A stretch of 64,000 nt of DNA from Promethearchaeota archaeon (GCA_016840085.1 JAEOTA010000018.1:1-64000); one strand, 5' to 3'. Positions 1 to 10,299 are shown, numbered from the stretch's first letter. Numbers and translations are program-made. The notes: generated by a model from the letters alone, not told the origin.

Positions 1-6
1 GAAGAA

Positions 7-3000
7 ATGGGGTTAGCAGATAACACTGAACCTTTTTATCGTCATGATGAATCTCCCGAACTTAATTCAGATCATGATTTAGAACAAGAAACTGAACAAA
101 ACCATGAATATAAATCAGAATTAGAACTAGAAAAGGAATTTGATAATCTGTTAGAACAAGAAGAAAAAGAAGTTTCTATAAATGATCAAGAATTAAAATT
201 TGAGGACGAACTACATCAAGATGGCAAGATAAAAGAGGAAATCGAGAGTCAAGAAACTCAAGAAGAACTAAAAGAGTCTTTACAAGAATCCAATCTAGAA
301 AAACCGCAAGAGTCAAAAGAAAAGATACAAGCTACAGAAAAAGATAACTATGAAATCCTTAAAGAGCACTATCATCAAGAAACAAGAAGGAGAGCAATTT
401 ATGCACAAAAAGAGACTAAAGGTTTTATTGAGTGGAAAGAAAGGAAGGAAGAAAAAGAGTATAAAGAATATGAAGAAAAACAAGAATTAGATAAAAAATC
501 AAAAGAAAAGATACAAGCTACAGAAAAAGATAATTATGAAGTCCTTAAAGAGCAATATCATTGCGAAACAGAAAGGAGAGCAATTTATGCACAAAAAGAA
601 ACTAAAGGTTTTATTGAGTGGAAAGAAAGGAAGGAAGAAAAAGAGTATAAAGAACATGAAGAAAAACAAGAATTGGATAAAGAATCAAAAAAAGAAATTC
701 AAGCACTTAAAGAAGAATCGGTAGAATATTTAATTAACAGCATCAAAGAAACTGCCAGTAATGAAGAAATCTCAGAAAAAACAAGAGAAGAATTAATTGA
801 GTTATTAAAAAAATATGATAAAATTTATGGACTGTATAAGAAATTACAGAATCGAGAAATTGTTAAACAAGAATTTGAGCAAGAAATAGATAAAATAGAA
901 AAAGAATTTGGCGAAAAATTAGGAATTGTAATGCTTTTATTCAAAAATTTCGAAGTATTTCATAAATATTATAATGAAATGGTAAGGAGAGCTGGTAAAA
1001 GAGTAGCTATGCTACAAATCTCACACAAAACCACTAGATTTCTATTAAATATTTCTCGAAGATTAGAACAATACAAGAAAGAAGGAATTTCACAAGATTC
1101 TTTAGAAAAGAATAGTGTATCCCAAGAATGGGCAATATTATTGAAAAATCATATTGAGGAGTCAACAGACCAAGAGATCTCTAAAGAAATTAAAGAAGAA
1201 CTACAATATCTAATTCACCAGTTCACCAATAACCATAAGCTTTTAATTAAGCAATTAAAAGAACATAATCCGAGATTTGATGATTTTTTTAAAGAATTAA
1301 AAAGTTCTCTAGCAATTTATAAGGAATATAAAAGCAGAAACTATGAAAAAAGTTTAATTCCTGAAGGAAAAAGAGTAGCAAAAAAAATAGCTCATCAATT
1401 AGTTGAAATTAAAAAAAAATTCATTTTACAACAAATTTTTAATGAAAATAATCCTGAGTTTCAAAATTTAAAGGAGATTTTAAAGGAAAATCTATATAAG
1501 AGTATAGAGTTAAACATGAATGAAAAATCTAAAATAATTAAAATCCTTCAAAAAAGAAATCTTACAGAAGAAGATAATAGTGAACTTAGACTTCTACTAA
1601 ATAAACTTAGTAGGAAAGAATTATTCTCATTATTAGGAAGAGATTTCGAGAATTATAGTGTAAATCAGGATTTACAAAGCGAGATTGATAATAAAAAAGA
1701 AGAGATTAAGAAAATTCAAGAAAAAATACATTCTTTTGTGAATAATGAAATGAGTAATAAGAAATCTCAAGTGGAATATGATACGGGAGACTTAATTTCT
1801 AAAATAACCGAAAAGAAAGAAATTTTAGAAGAATTTATAAATTTTAATCAGAATTTAGATATGACGAAATTTAGTTTTCCAGAAGAAAAAATTCTCATAG
1901 ATAAAGAAATTTTAAATAGATTCTATAGAGAATGTACAGAAAAAGATCCAAATCTTGCAGAAATTTTCTTAGATATAGTGCGACCTTTATCAAAAGGAAA
2001 TAGTATCTCCTTAAAAGAATTTAAAAAACTAGAAAATCTATTAAGTAAAGTAGTTCCACATAAGAAAATAATTGGTAAGAAGAATCAAGTTTGCATCGAA
2101 GCCAATAAATCTAATGAGATAGCAGAATTATTAGGTCTTATTTGGGGTAGAGGGCGCATTGATATAAAACATCCTAGATATGATTTACTTATCTATTTGA
2201 AGGGAATCCATAAAGATCGTACATTTATTACATATTTAAAAAATATTCTTATGAAAGCTTTAAAAGTAAATGAAAATAAGGTACAGATTAATCCCAATAA
2301 AGAATTTCTAAGATTAAGTAGTAAAGTAATAATATATGAACTTTTGAAGTTAGGGATATTCCCAAAAAAAAGTAAATATTATCATACCATCCCCCTATGG
2401 ATATTTGAAGATACTTCTTTTGTTTCATCCTTTTTGAGAGGTATTCTAGGTATAAATTCAATGTTCTCTTTGCGTATAATTCATGATAGTTCAATCCCAC
2501 GTTATAATTTACAGTTTCTTGTAAATAAGAATTCAAATAAATATCTGAAAGCTGTCCAATTTCTATTTCATTTATTTGATCTTGAAAGTAATATTTATAA
2601 TAATTCACTTGTAATAGATAAAAAATCAGATTTAACTAGAATTATTAACGAGTTTTTGCCTCCTTCTATCTGGAACCTCATGAAGATTTCTTTAGAAAAT
2701 TCATTGGAAGATAAAAATCCTGAATTATCAGATCTTTTAAATTATCATGAAAAAGTGTTGATATCTTATCATAGGGATTTTGCATATAATTTAATCAGTC
2801 AATTTGAACAATTAGGTAGTTTCGAATTAGTTAGTGAGCATATTGGAAAAAATGGCATTTTAGGAATTGATCGTATTATTAATTATGTAAAAAAATTTTT
2901 TAAAGAACCTGATTTGGTAGATGTTTATGGTGACAATGCATATATTCATTGGTATTCAAATAATAAATTGATTCATATCGGAACAGATTTGCAATCATCA

Positions 3001-4188
3001 AAAATTCCATTTAAAATATTAAAAATTATAATTTGTAATATTTATGAAGCCTTAAGGATGAATAATTTCTTAGTTAACAATGAATTCCTAATAAATCATT
3101 TAGTAGATTTTTTTACTACATCTGAATTATTTAAATTTCAAAGTACTAAAATTCCAAATATTCTGAGATTTGGAAGAATTTGTTATTTGTTGAAAAAAAA
3201 TCCGTCAAGGAAACTATTGATTGAATTTTTTGATAATATTATTAAATTTGTAAGAAAAATCCAATTCATTAATGAATCGGGATATACAACTTCCTATACA
3301 AAATTAGCGGAAGAATTTAATTTAATTTTCTATCATCACCAACAAATTAAAGAAATAATTGACGATTTAAACAATGTTTTTAATATAAAACTAAAAATTC
3401 GTAGACAGAATAAATATGGAAAATATAAATGGACATTAAATTTAATATTTAAATGGAATTATAAAAATTTCTATAAAATTAATAATAATTCACTAAAAAG
3501 GAACTTAGGAGAAATACTTAATATAGTTGAAAATGGAAACTATGATGATGAGATATTTGAATTAAGAAATCCTTCTTGTTCACAGTTCTATATTAAAGGG
3601 GATTCATCACATCATTTAATGGATAACGAGATTAATCATTTCAATGATCAGATGATTGATAAAAAGATTATTCTTAATAACCAATTTTCGGAGTTAGGTA
3701 GAAAGCTTATAAATTATGTTAATTTAGCAAGTATTCATTACAGAGATAATAAAAAAGCTTTTAGTGAAAAAGGCAATAGAGTTATTCATGATTATTTACA
3801 ATCATATATTAGAGAGAGAGATAATAATATTATTGTTACTGAGTTATTAATATGGCTACCTATTAATAATCCGTCCATTAATGCTGATTATATTTATGGG
3901 CATATAGACTTTTTATTTTATTTTAATGATACTCTTTATGTTTGCGACTATAAACCATTAGATAAGAATTTTTTTAGATCCCTCCCACAAGTGTGCCTAT
4001 ATGGATTGGTTTTAGAGAAAATGTTAAATATTTCTAATTTAAAAATAAAATGTATCACATTTAATCAAGAGCAGTCTTGGGAATTTTCTCCTTCAATTCT
4101 TAATACCCATGTCAAAGAAATAATCAAGAAGATACAAAAAATAAATCCTAGAGTTAAAATGGAGTGGAATCAATATATAAAATTTTAA
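7..4188 (+). CDS. Large multidomain protein: acidic/coiled N-terminus with 62-aa tandem repeat, degenerate LAGLIDADG-like domain, C-terminal PD-(D/E)XK (RecB/Cas4-like) nuclease; may start upstream of the window
   Basis: 1393-aa ORF, with the frame open to base 1 (GAA GAA ATG). EIAELLGLIWGRG and IPLWIF...SFLRGILG resemble the two LAGLIDADG helices. E..GHIDFL..YVCDYKP..PQVCLYG is a PD-(D/E)XK signature. Confidence 0.75.
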   Translation: MGLADNTEPFYRHDESPELNSDHDLEQETEQNHEYKSELELEKEFDNLLEQEEKEVSINDQELKFEDELHQDGKIKEEIESQETQEELKESLQESNLEKPQESKEKIQATEKDNYEILKEHYHQETRRRAIYAQKETKGFIEWKERKEEKEYKEYEEKQELDKKSKEKIQATEKDNYEVLKEQYHCETERRAIYAQKETKGFIEWKERKEEKEYKEHEEKQELDKESKKEIQALKEESVEYLINSIKETASNEEISEKTREELIELLKKYDKIYGLYKKLQNREIVKQEFEQEIDKIEKEFGEKLGIVMLLFKNFEVFHKYYNEMVRRAGKRVAMLQISHKTTRFLLNISRRLEQYKKEGISQDSLEKNSVSQEWAILLKNHIEESTDQEISKEIKEELQYLIHQFTNNHKLLIKQLKEHNPRFDDFFKELKSSLAIYKEYKSRNYEKSLIPEGKRVAKKIAHQLVEIKKKFILQQIFNENNPEFQNLKEILKENLYKSIELNMNEKSKIIKILQKRNLTEEDNSELRLLLNKLSRKELFSLLGRDFENYSVNQDLQSEIDNKKEEIKKIQEKIHSFVNNEMSNKKSQVEYDTGDLISKITEKKEILEEFINFNQNLDMTKFSFPEEKILIDKEILNRFYRECTEKDPNLAEIFLDIVRPLSKGNSISLKEFKKLENLLSKVVPHKKIIGKKNQVCIEANKSNEIAELLGLIWGRGRIDIKHPRYDLLIYLKGIHKDRTFITYLKNILMKALKVNENKVQINPNKEFLRLSSKVIIYELLKLGIFPKKSKYYHTIPLWIFEDTSFVSSFLRGILGINSMFSLRIIHDSSIPRYNLQFLVNKNSNKYLKAVQFLFHLFDLESNIYNNSLVIDKKSDLTRIINEFLPPSIWNLMKISLENSLEDKNPELSDLLNYHEKVLISYHRDFAYNLISQFEQLGSFELVSEHIGKNGILGIDRIINYVKKFFKEPDLVDVYGDNAYIHWYSNNKLIHIGTDLQSSKIPFKILKIIICNIYEALRMNNFLVNNEFLINHLVDFFTTSELFKFQSTKIPNILRFGRICYLLKKNPSRKLLIEFFDNIIKFVRKIQFINESGYTTSYTKLAEEFNLIFYHHQQIKEIIDDLNNVFNIKLKIRRQNKYGKYKWTLNLIFKWNYKNFYKINNNSLKRNLGEILNIVENGNYDDEIFELRNPSCSQFYIKGDSSHHLMDNEINHFNDQMIDKKIILNNQFSELGRKLINYVNLASIHYRDNKKAFSEKGNRVIHDYLQSYIRERDNNIIVTELLIWLPINNPSINADYIYGHIDFLFYFNDTLYVCDYKPLDKNFFRSLPQVCLYGLVLEKMLNISNLKIKCITFNQEQSWEFSPSILNTHVKEIIKKIQKINPRVKMEWNQYIKF
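313..705 (+). repeat. 186-nt (62-aa) direct tandem repeat, two full copies plus a short partial copy
   Basis: tcaaaagaaaagatacaagctacagaaaaagataa starts at 313 and 499; a partial third copy starts at 685. The copies are near-identical. Confidence 0.95.
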
Positions 4189-4507
4189 TACTTTTTTATA
4201 ATAATACACATCATTAATTTTTATGTTTTTATTAAGACTTAGTCTAATCAATTACTTAAGAAGCCGAGACCTACACTGTTATAGAGATCTATTAGATTAA
4301 AAAAAATCGATACTGGACTTTTTTATTATATATAAACTCTATTGAATTAATCGCTTTTATTAATTAATGGGCTAACAATGATAGAGATCATATTTATATA
4401 ATTCTAATAAATATTTATAAATTGAGGAGTGTCAAAAAGCTTAGACAATATGAGTTTAAGAAAATTGAAATTAACGAAATTATAATATAAGAAATAGAAC
4501 TATTGGA

Positions 4508-5596
4508 TTGATTTATGTAATGAATTTGGATGGTTTACTAAAATGGTTAAAATCAGTAAGAGCTTTTTTATCAAGACACTCGTTTAAAATAAGTGGTTTT
4601 GTTATTGTAGCAGAAGTATGTGCTTTATTTATCCTTTTTTTTCTACTTCCAATTTTCAATTTCCCTACCTTCAGAATTACAGATAATTCATTTGATATTA
4701 ACCTAGATTATAGTGAGGATGAATACTATACAGAAACACTTGAAATAACAAATGATGTAATTTTTCCTTACATGGAGCTAAAAATCATTATAAATCCAGA
4801 CTCTTTTGTAGACCTTTATGTTTTTGATGCAATCCAATATGCTGAATATCAGGAAACAAAGAACCAGATATTGTCTCCAATTAATTTTAATAATATTACA
4901 TCAGAGCATATTTTTCATTCCAAATATATTTTTATTAACATTAAGGAAATAATTTCTCCCATATATATTGTTATAGAACCTGTCTCTAGAGATGTTGAAT
5001 TTTCACTTTACTGTGAATTATTGATATTTGAGCGGATTTATTTTATCATTTCATTTATCATTCAGATATCTCTTATTATAGTCACAGCATCAATTTTTTT
5101 TAAATATTGGAAGACAAATCCTTGGAACAATTTTTCGGATTTTATTAATCAAAATGCTAAAAAGAAATTTAAAGATGCGAATTATGCTGATGCGGTTGAA
5201 ACGGTTTTAAAGCAATTAAATGCTAATCTTAAGAAGATTTATAGGGCGAAAACTGGAGAAGAAAAAGATGGTTGGGACTTAATTCATAATGTATTGTCGG
5301 AATCAAACCCTATTGTTAAAATTGCAGATTTATCAACTGAAAATGGAAGAAATATACAAGAAGGCACACGATTTTTATTAGCAGGCTATTATAAAGCTTA
5401 CAGAAACCCATCTACACATGATGTAATAGAATTGGAAAAATCAGTATCATTAAATGTCTTATATGGTTTGAATGATATTATTCTTAAATTGGAAACTAGT
5501 AATGTTGAGTGTGCTTGTGGAAACGATGTACTATTCTTTGAATTTTTAAAGAATGAAAAATGTGGTATTTGTTCTGAACGTAGTTCAGAAAATTAA
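4508..5596 (+). CDS. Two-TM membrane protein with C-terminal TIGR02391/Ymh (HEPN-like) domain and Cys zinc ribbon
   Basis: Two hydrophobic helices flank a ~120-aa loop. YADAVE...DGWDL...S.SNPIV...NIQEG..FL.AG...AYRNPSTH carries an Rx4H motif. Ends CACG...CGIC. Confidence 0.7.
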   Translation: MIYVMNLDGLLKWLKSVRAFLSRHSFKISGFVIVAEVCALFILFFLLPIFNFPTFRITDNSFDINLDYSEDEYYTETLEITNDVIFPYMELKIIINPDSFVDLYVFDAIQYAEYQETKNQILSPINFNNITSEHIFHSKYIFINIKEIISPIYIVIEPVSRDVEFSLYCELLIFERIYFIISFIIQISLIIVTASIFFKYWKTNPWNNFSDFINQNAKKKFKDANYADAVETVLKQLNANLKKIYRAKTGEEKDGWDLIHNVLSESNPIVKIADLSTENGRNIQEGTRFLLAGYYKAYRNPSTHDVIELEKSVSLNVLYGLNDIILKLETSNVECACGNDVLFFEFLKNEKCGICSERSSEN

Positions 5597-5862
5597 TAAT
5601 AATGATTTTTTCATAAAGATTTAAATTTTTTCCTATTTGCACAGAAGATAATAAATAATTGGATTTGTGAACCAGAAAGGAAAAATCATCTTTTTTAAGG
5701 AGATATAATAAAATATATAAGTACAAGACAAAAAAATATAGGCTTTATCATTTCAACAAATCACTGTGATTTAGAGAATTTAAAAAATAAAAATGTAGTA
5801 TTTATTGCCCCAATATTTCCCTATAGTTTTGATTTTAATGATATGATCATTGAAATGTTTGG

Positions 5863-6387
5863 ATTGTAACTAATGAGAGACGTACTAAATTAGAAATTTT
5901 AAGTAATAAAAAGCTAATGAAAATCTTGAGATTTATTGAAAACAATCCCGGAATTCACGCTCGAGATGAAAGTATCGGAGCTGAATTAAATATTACTCGA
6001 ACACCATTTTTAAAACATGTTATGACTCTTGAGAGATTTGATCTTATAAGAACTAAAAAAATCGGGAAAACACTTCATTATTTTATATCAGATGCCCCTG
6101 ATGAATATGACCGTTATAAGGTTATCTTTTTAAATCCTTTAATCCCTCATATTTTAGAAGAATTCTTCAAAGATGAAACTATTAAAATTTCGAAAATTGG
6201 GGAAAAGCTTGATATTTATTCGGGAACCATACTTTACCATGTAAAAAAATTAAAAGAGTTAAATTTAGTAAGATCTGCAAAAAATTCAGTAAATAAGAAA
6301 ATATTCTTAGTAAATTTTGAATTATTAAAGAAATACAACGAGTTTTTCGACGAACCAGATTTTAGCGAATTACTTAGGGGAATCTAA
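5863..6387 (+). CDS. Double winged-helix transcriptional regulator (probable ATT start at 5863; first ATG at 5917)
   Basis: LSN..LMKILRFIENNPGIH...HV..LE..DLI...KIGK..HYF, followed by a second wHTH (TILYHVKKLKELNLV). The frame is open back to a TGA just upstream of the ATT. Confidence 0.75.
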   Translation: MVTNERRTKLEILSNKKLMKILRFIENNPGIHARDESIGAELNITRTPFLKHVMTLERFDLIRTKKIGKTLHYFISDAPDEYDRYKVIFLNPLIPHILEEFFKDETIKISKIGEKLDIYSGTILYHVKKLKELNLVRSAKNSVNKKIFLVNFELLKKYNEFFDEPDFSELLRGI

Positions 6388-6398
6388 AATAAAATTCC

Positions 6399-7280
6399 CT
6401 ATAATAAATTGTATTTTATTTTTGGTAAAGCTTTAATTAATACCTTGATAGTATTATCAATCCCATTTTCCATATCTGGATGAATTTCTTTTGAATTAAG
6501 CAAATCATACTTTTGATCTCCAGGTAAATCTGTTACTGAAAGAATTGAAGCTGTTTTTAAATTGTATAAGGAACCTAATAAGAATAAAATCGAAGATTCC
6601 ATGTCAATCCCATGAATATTGATTGACTGGAGTGCTCTAACAAAATCCAACGATTCACAAAAAAGAGCATCTGTTGTCCATAAGTTCACATTTCCTTTGA
6701 TTTTATTAGCGAGAAGTATAGTTCCCTCATTTAACAATATATCATGTAGCGATATATTTGGTCGAGATATGAAAATATTTTGATTTCCTGTGAAAAGATT
6801 TTGAAATCTAGCAAATGGTGTATTTATTGAATCCAAATCATTTGCTAAAGATGGATGCTCCCGTATATATTGAGGACTCGTTCCTTCATCACAATAAGCT
6901 AATTCTGGGATTAAAATATCTCCAATATCGATTTTTTTTTCATAGTTTTCAATTCCACCACATACATCTAGCCTAATTATGATTTTTGTTTTGCATCTCT
7001 TTAAACATTCAACAGCTATAGCACAGTTGGGAGCTCCTATTAAGGAACGGATAATGCTAACCTTCACATTGTTTAACTCTCCATTATAAACCCTGCCATA
7101 AATCCTTTTATTCTGAAGTTTTTGTAAAATTTTCTGCATTACCATTTTTACTGCTGGAAGAATAACTATTTCATTTACATTTGAAGGGCTTGTTTCTAGA
7201 ATCATTCGGACGATTTTCTCATCAACACTAATAAACTTTAATCCAAGATTTAATAATTCACTTTTGATTCGATTTAGCAT
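6399..7280 (-). CDS. Nucleoside phosphorylase family protein (PNP/UDP)
   Basis: IGAPNCAIAVE, IIRLDVCGG, DEGTS, WTTDALFCE and IDMESS motifs. Confidence 0.85.
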   Translation of the reverse strand: MLNRIKSELLNLGLKFISVDEKIVRMILETSPSNVNEIVILPAVKMVMQKILQKLQNKRIYGRVYNGELNNVKVSIIRSLIGAPNCAIAVECLKRCKTKIIIRLDVCGGIENYEKKIDIGDILIPELAYCDEGTSPQYIREHPSLANDLDSINTPFARFQNLFTGNQNIFISRPNISLHDILLNEGTILLANKIKGNVNLWTTDALFCESLDFVRALQSINIHGIDMESSILFLLGSLYNLKTASILSVTDLPGDQKYDLLNSKEIHPDMENGIDNTIKVLIKALPKIKYNLL

Positions 7281-7574
7281 TTTGATTATAAAGAATTATT
7301 AATGAAATATGAATAATCTTATATCTTATAATATTTAAAAGTATTATTAAAAACAACTATTTTCTCATTTTTTATACTTTCAAACCTCAGAAAAGAATAT
7401 TTAATTATTTACTTATTATCATAATTAATTCATTGTAAAATTTAATTTATAATTCAAAAGTATTAGACTAATTATTCACGTACTTATAAATTTTAATAAT
7501 ATAATTTAATATCTCGCTAAAATACAATTATTTAGATCAATTAGAGAGAATTTTGAATACAGAGTGTACCTTTA

Positions 7575-8873
7575 ATGAAGAACCGATACCTCATTGATAA
7601 CAAAATTACAAATGAGTTTGTTGAAACTTATACAAAAACAACCTATAGAATTATTGGGGAACATAAACATAGTTCTATTAAACCTTGCTATTGGCTAGAA
7701 CAAAGATTATTGACAGGAAGAGATAATCGTAATTGTTATAAGGGCGTTTTTGGAATACAGAGTCATAAATGTTTGCAAAATACTCCATCATTACCATTTT
7801 GTAATCATCAGTGTGTGTTTTGTTGGAGAGATATTGAACTTGGTTCTCTTGGTAGTGAGTTTATTGTTGAACCTGATGAACCTAAGTCTTTAGTAGATGA
7901 GATGTTACGCCATCATAAAGATATCATTAAAAATCATTTACCATTAAGGAGATATCTTGAAAATTATGAAATAATGATTGATATTTTGTATTATATGCTT
8001 TTAAATAGGGATCAAAATCACAGTATAAACTCTTTAAATCAAAAAATTCATGTATCTAAAAATAAAATTGAACGTGCCATTAATCTATTAAAAAATCAAA
8101 ACTTTGTAAAATCAGAGAATCACACGTTAAATAAATTTGAATTAGACAATGATATACAAGGTTGTATTGATTCTAGAGATGAAATAGAAGTTTTGATTAA
8201 TAGAGAATTAACCACTCCAGATGAGATCATGCAAACTCACAGTGAAGCTTTGCATCCTAATCATGCAGCTATTTCTCTAGATGGAGAACCTTTATTATAT
8301 CCTAAAATATCTGAATTAGTTCACGAATTCAGAAACCTTAATATGACCACATTTATTGTATCAAATGGAACTTTAACAGACAAAATGCTTAATTTGGATC
8401 CATTACCTACTCAATTATATATTACACTTCCTGCTCCAAATGAACAAATTTATAAAAATATTTGTCGCCCAATGATAAAAAGTGGATGGAATAGAATAAT
8501 GGAAAGCTTGGAGTCATTAAATACTCTTTCTTGTAGAACTTTAATACGACTAACTGGAGTTAAAAATCTCAATTTAAATGAGCAATATATTCAAGATTAT
8601 ATTACAATCGTTAAAAAAGCAAATCCCAATTTTTTTGAAATTAAAGGGTTTACCCTACAAGCTAAAGCTTTGCAAATAAAGGATCGCTTGAAAAGTGATA
8701 AACCCTTACAATATTACTTTCCTGATTATGAATATTTGGAGAATTTCGCTTTGAAATTTGGAAAAAAAAGTGGTTTTCCCCTTATTTATAAGAATGAAGC
8801 TAGCAGAGATTTTTTATTTGCTATAAATTGGGATAAGGAAAAAGATCCAAAAATAACTAAACCAGAATTATAA
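7575..8873 (+). CDS. taw1: tRNA 4-demethylwyosine synthase (TYW1/Taw1, radical SAM) with internal insertion
   Basis: HSSIKPCYW, CYK..FGIQSHKCLQNTP, CNHQCVFCWR, HAAISLDGEPLLYP, PTQLYITL, FFEIKG. Confidence 0.92.
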   Translation: MKNRYLIDNKITNEFVETYTKTTYRIIGEHKHSSIKPCYWLEQRLLTGRDNRNCYKGVFGIQSHKCLQNTPSLPFCNHQCVFCWRDIELGSLGSEFIVEPDEPKSLVDEMLRHHKDIIKNHLPLRRYLENYEIMIDILYYMLLNRDQNHSINSLNQKIHVSKNKIERAINLLKNQNFVKSENHTLNKFELDNDIQGCIDSRDEIEVLINRELTTPDEIMQTHSEALHPNHAAISLDGEPLLYPKISELVHEFRNLNMTTFIVSNGTLTDKMLNLDPLPTQLYITLPAPNEQIYKNICRPMIKSGWNRIMESLESLNTLSCRTLIRLTGVKNLNLNEQYIQDYITIVKKANPNFFEIKGFTLQAKALQIKDRLKSDKPLQYYFPDYEYLENFALKFGKKSGFPLIYKNEASRDFLFAINWDKEKDPKITKPEL

Positions 8874-8884
8874 ATCAAAATCAT

Positions 8885-9520
8885 TTACTCTTGAGTTAAG
8901 GACATCATTTTTTTTATGATTTTATTATATTGATCTCCAAAATCCTCAATGCTATCAACCATTTGTCGAAAATATTCCAACCATTTTATTTCCGCTTCAT
9001 TGTGAAATCTCCAATGTGCTAGAGGAAGTAGGTAGAAAGGACTTAGATCATAGAGAGGGCTAGATTTAACTAGTTTCTCCCCCTCATCAGCATGCTTGAA
9101 CATGTTTTTCCTCTCCTTAATTTGGTTATCTATGGAATCTAATATGAATTGTTTTCCCTTAACCGAACCAAAAAGCAGTATAAAAGGAGTTACAGCATCC
9201 ATATCAAAATAAATTTCTTGTACTTGATTAAGAAAAAAAGAAATCTGTTCTTGAAATTCCTTTTTGCCCCTGTTTAATAATTTATAGATAATTTGCTCGG
9301 GACGATTACCTTCTTGCTTAGATCCTACTTCTTTGATGAGTCCATCTCCTTCGAGTTGCTTTAATGCATAATAAAACGATGCATTTGTAGCTTTAATATA
9401 ATGATCATATCGCCATTCTTTTGCTAAAGAAATAAGTTCATAACCACTCATAGGTTTAGGAATTGTACTCATTACCCCCAATATGAATGATTTCAGTGGA
9501 GTATATCTTTTTTTTGGCAT
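8885..9520 (-). CDS. PadR family transcriptional regulator
   Basis: ILG....PMSGYEL...SFYYALKQLEGDGLI...GNRPEQIIYKL...GK; C-terminal amphipathic helix AEIKWL. Confidence 0.9.
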   Translation of the reverse strand: MPKKRYTPLKSFILGVMSTIPKPMSGYELISLAKEWRYDHYIKATNASFYYALKQLEGDGLIKEVGSKQEGNRPEQIIYKLLNRGKKEFQEQISFFLNQVQEIYFDMDAVTPFILLFGSVKGKQFILDSIDNQIKERKNMFKHADEGEKLVKSSPLYDLSPFYLLPLAHWRFHNEAEIKWLEYFRQMVDSIEDFGDQYNKIIKKMMSLTQE

Positions 9521-9577
9521 ATTTTCTCCTCAATTCCTTATATGTGCTTAAATAATTTTATTTTTTATTTTTTAAAA

Positions 9578-9621
9578 TAATCAAATTTGAATAGTTAAAT
9601 TTAAATATTCAACTTTAATTA
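9578..9621. promoter_or_regulatory. Pair of palindromic boxes (TAWTCAA-N2-TTRAWTA) between divergent padR and methyltransferase genes; putative PadR operators
   Basis: TAATCAA-AT-TTGAATA at 9578-9593 and TATTCAA-CT-TTAATTA at 9606-9621, with TTTAAATA between them. Confidence 0.55.
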
Positions 9622-9667
9622 TATTTAGTAACTCTCAATATATAAAATTTTGGGTGATGTTTGAAAA

Positions 9668-10249
9668 ATGTTGAAAAATGAAATAATAAATGATAAAAAT
9701 GAGTTAAGCAATAATATGGTCAACCAAAAAAATGAGACTATTCAACTATCATCTTCTTGGAAAGATTATATTCCTTCAATAATCTATGGTCCAATTATAA
9801 TTGTTCAATTTGTTTTAGTGTTTTTTACTTACAATTTTTATCATCTTGATTTTCTTAATTGGATTGGTTGGGGTTTGATTGTCTTCTTTCTATTATTTGG
9901 AGGATTACCAAGGCAAGCATTTAAAAAATATGGAGAAATAGAAAAAGGAAAAAGTCATATTAATACTACCAAGCTAGTGGATAAAGGTATATATGCTGTT
10001 ATTAGACATCCATATTGGCTTTCATGGATATTACTTAGTATATCTCTGACATTAATTTCTCAATACTGGATTATGGTCATCTTAGGTATTTCAGCATGGA
10101 TTGTTATTTATCTGGAAACTTATCTGCTTGATAAAAGATTAATAAAGAAATTTAGAGAAAATTATGAAGCATATATAAAAAAGGTACCAAGATTAAATTT
10201 AATCTTAGGAATCATTAAATATCTTAGAATAACACAGAAAGGGATGTAA
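9668..10249 (+). CDS. Isoprenylcysteine carboxyl methyltransferase / PEMT family membrane protein
   Basis: TTKLVDKGIYAVIRHPYW, F.E.Y..Y...VPR, multiple TM helices. Confidence 0.85.
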   Translation: MLKNEIINDKNELSNNMVNQKNETIQLSSSWKDYIPSIIYGPIIIVQFVLVFFTYNFYHLDFLNWIGWGLIVFFLLFGGLPRQAFKKYGEIEKGKSHINTTKLVDKGIYAVIRHPYWLSWILLSISLTLISQYWIMVILGISAWIVIYLETYLLDKRLIKKFRENYEAYIKKVPRLNLILGIIKYLRITQKGM

Positions 10250-10299
10250 TAAAGAACAATTTTTTTTTAATAATATTGAATGGAGAAAGGTAGAAAAAT

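Noticed and set aside
313-705. Tandem repeat as a CRISPR array
   Set aside because: It is a 186-nt in-frame coding duplication without spacers.
536-724. 63-codon alternative-frame ORF within ORF1, and other short antisense ORFs (2288, 5496, 14150, 16798, 20201, 20979, 23032, 31941, 33557, 38878, 39756, 41141, 45964, 52819, 54251, 56659, 57920, 59113, 59778, 62022, 63427)
   Set aside because: Shadow ORFs overlapping well-supported genes, with no recognisable motifs.
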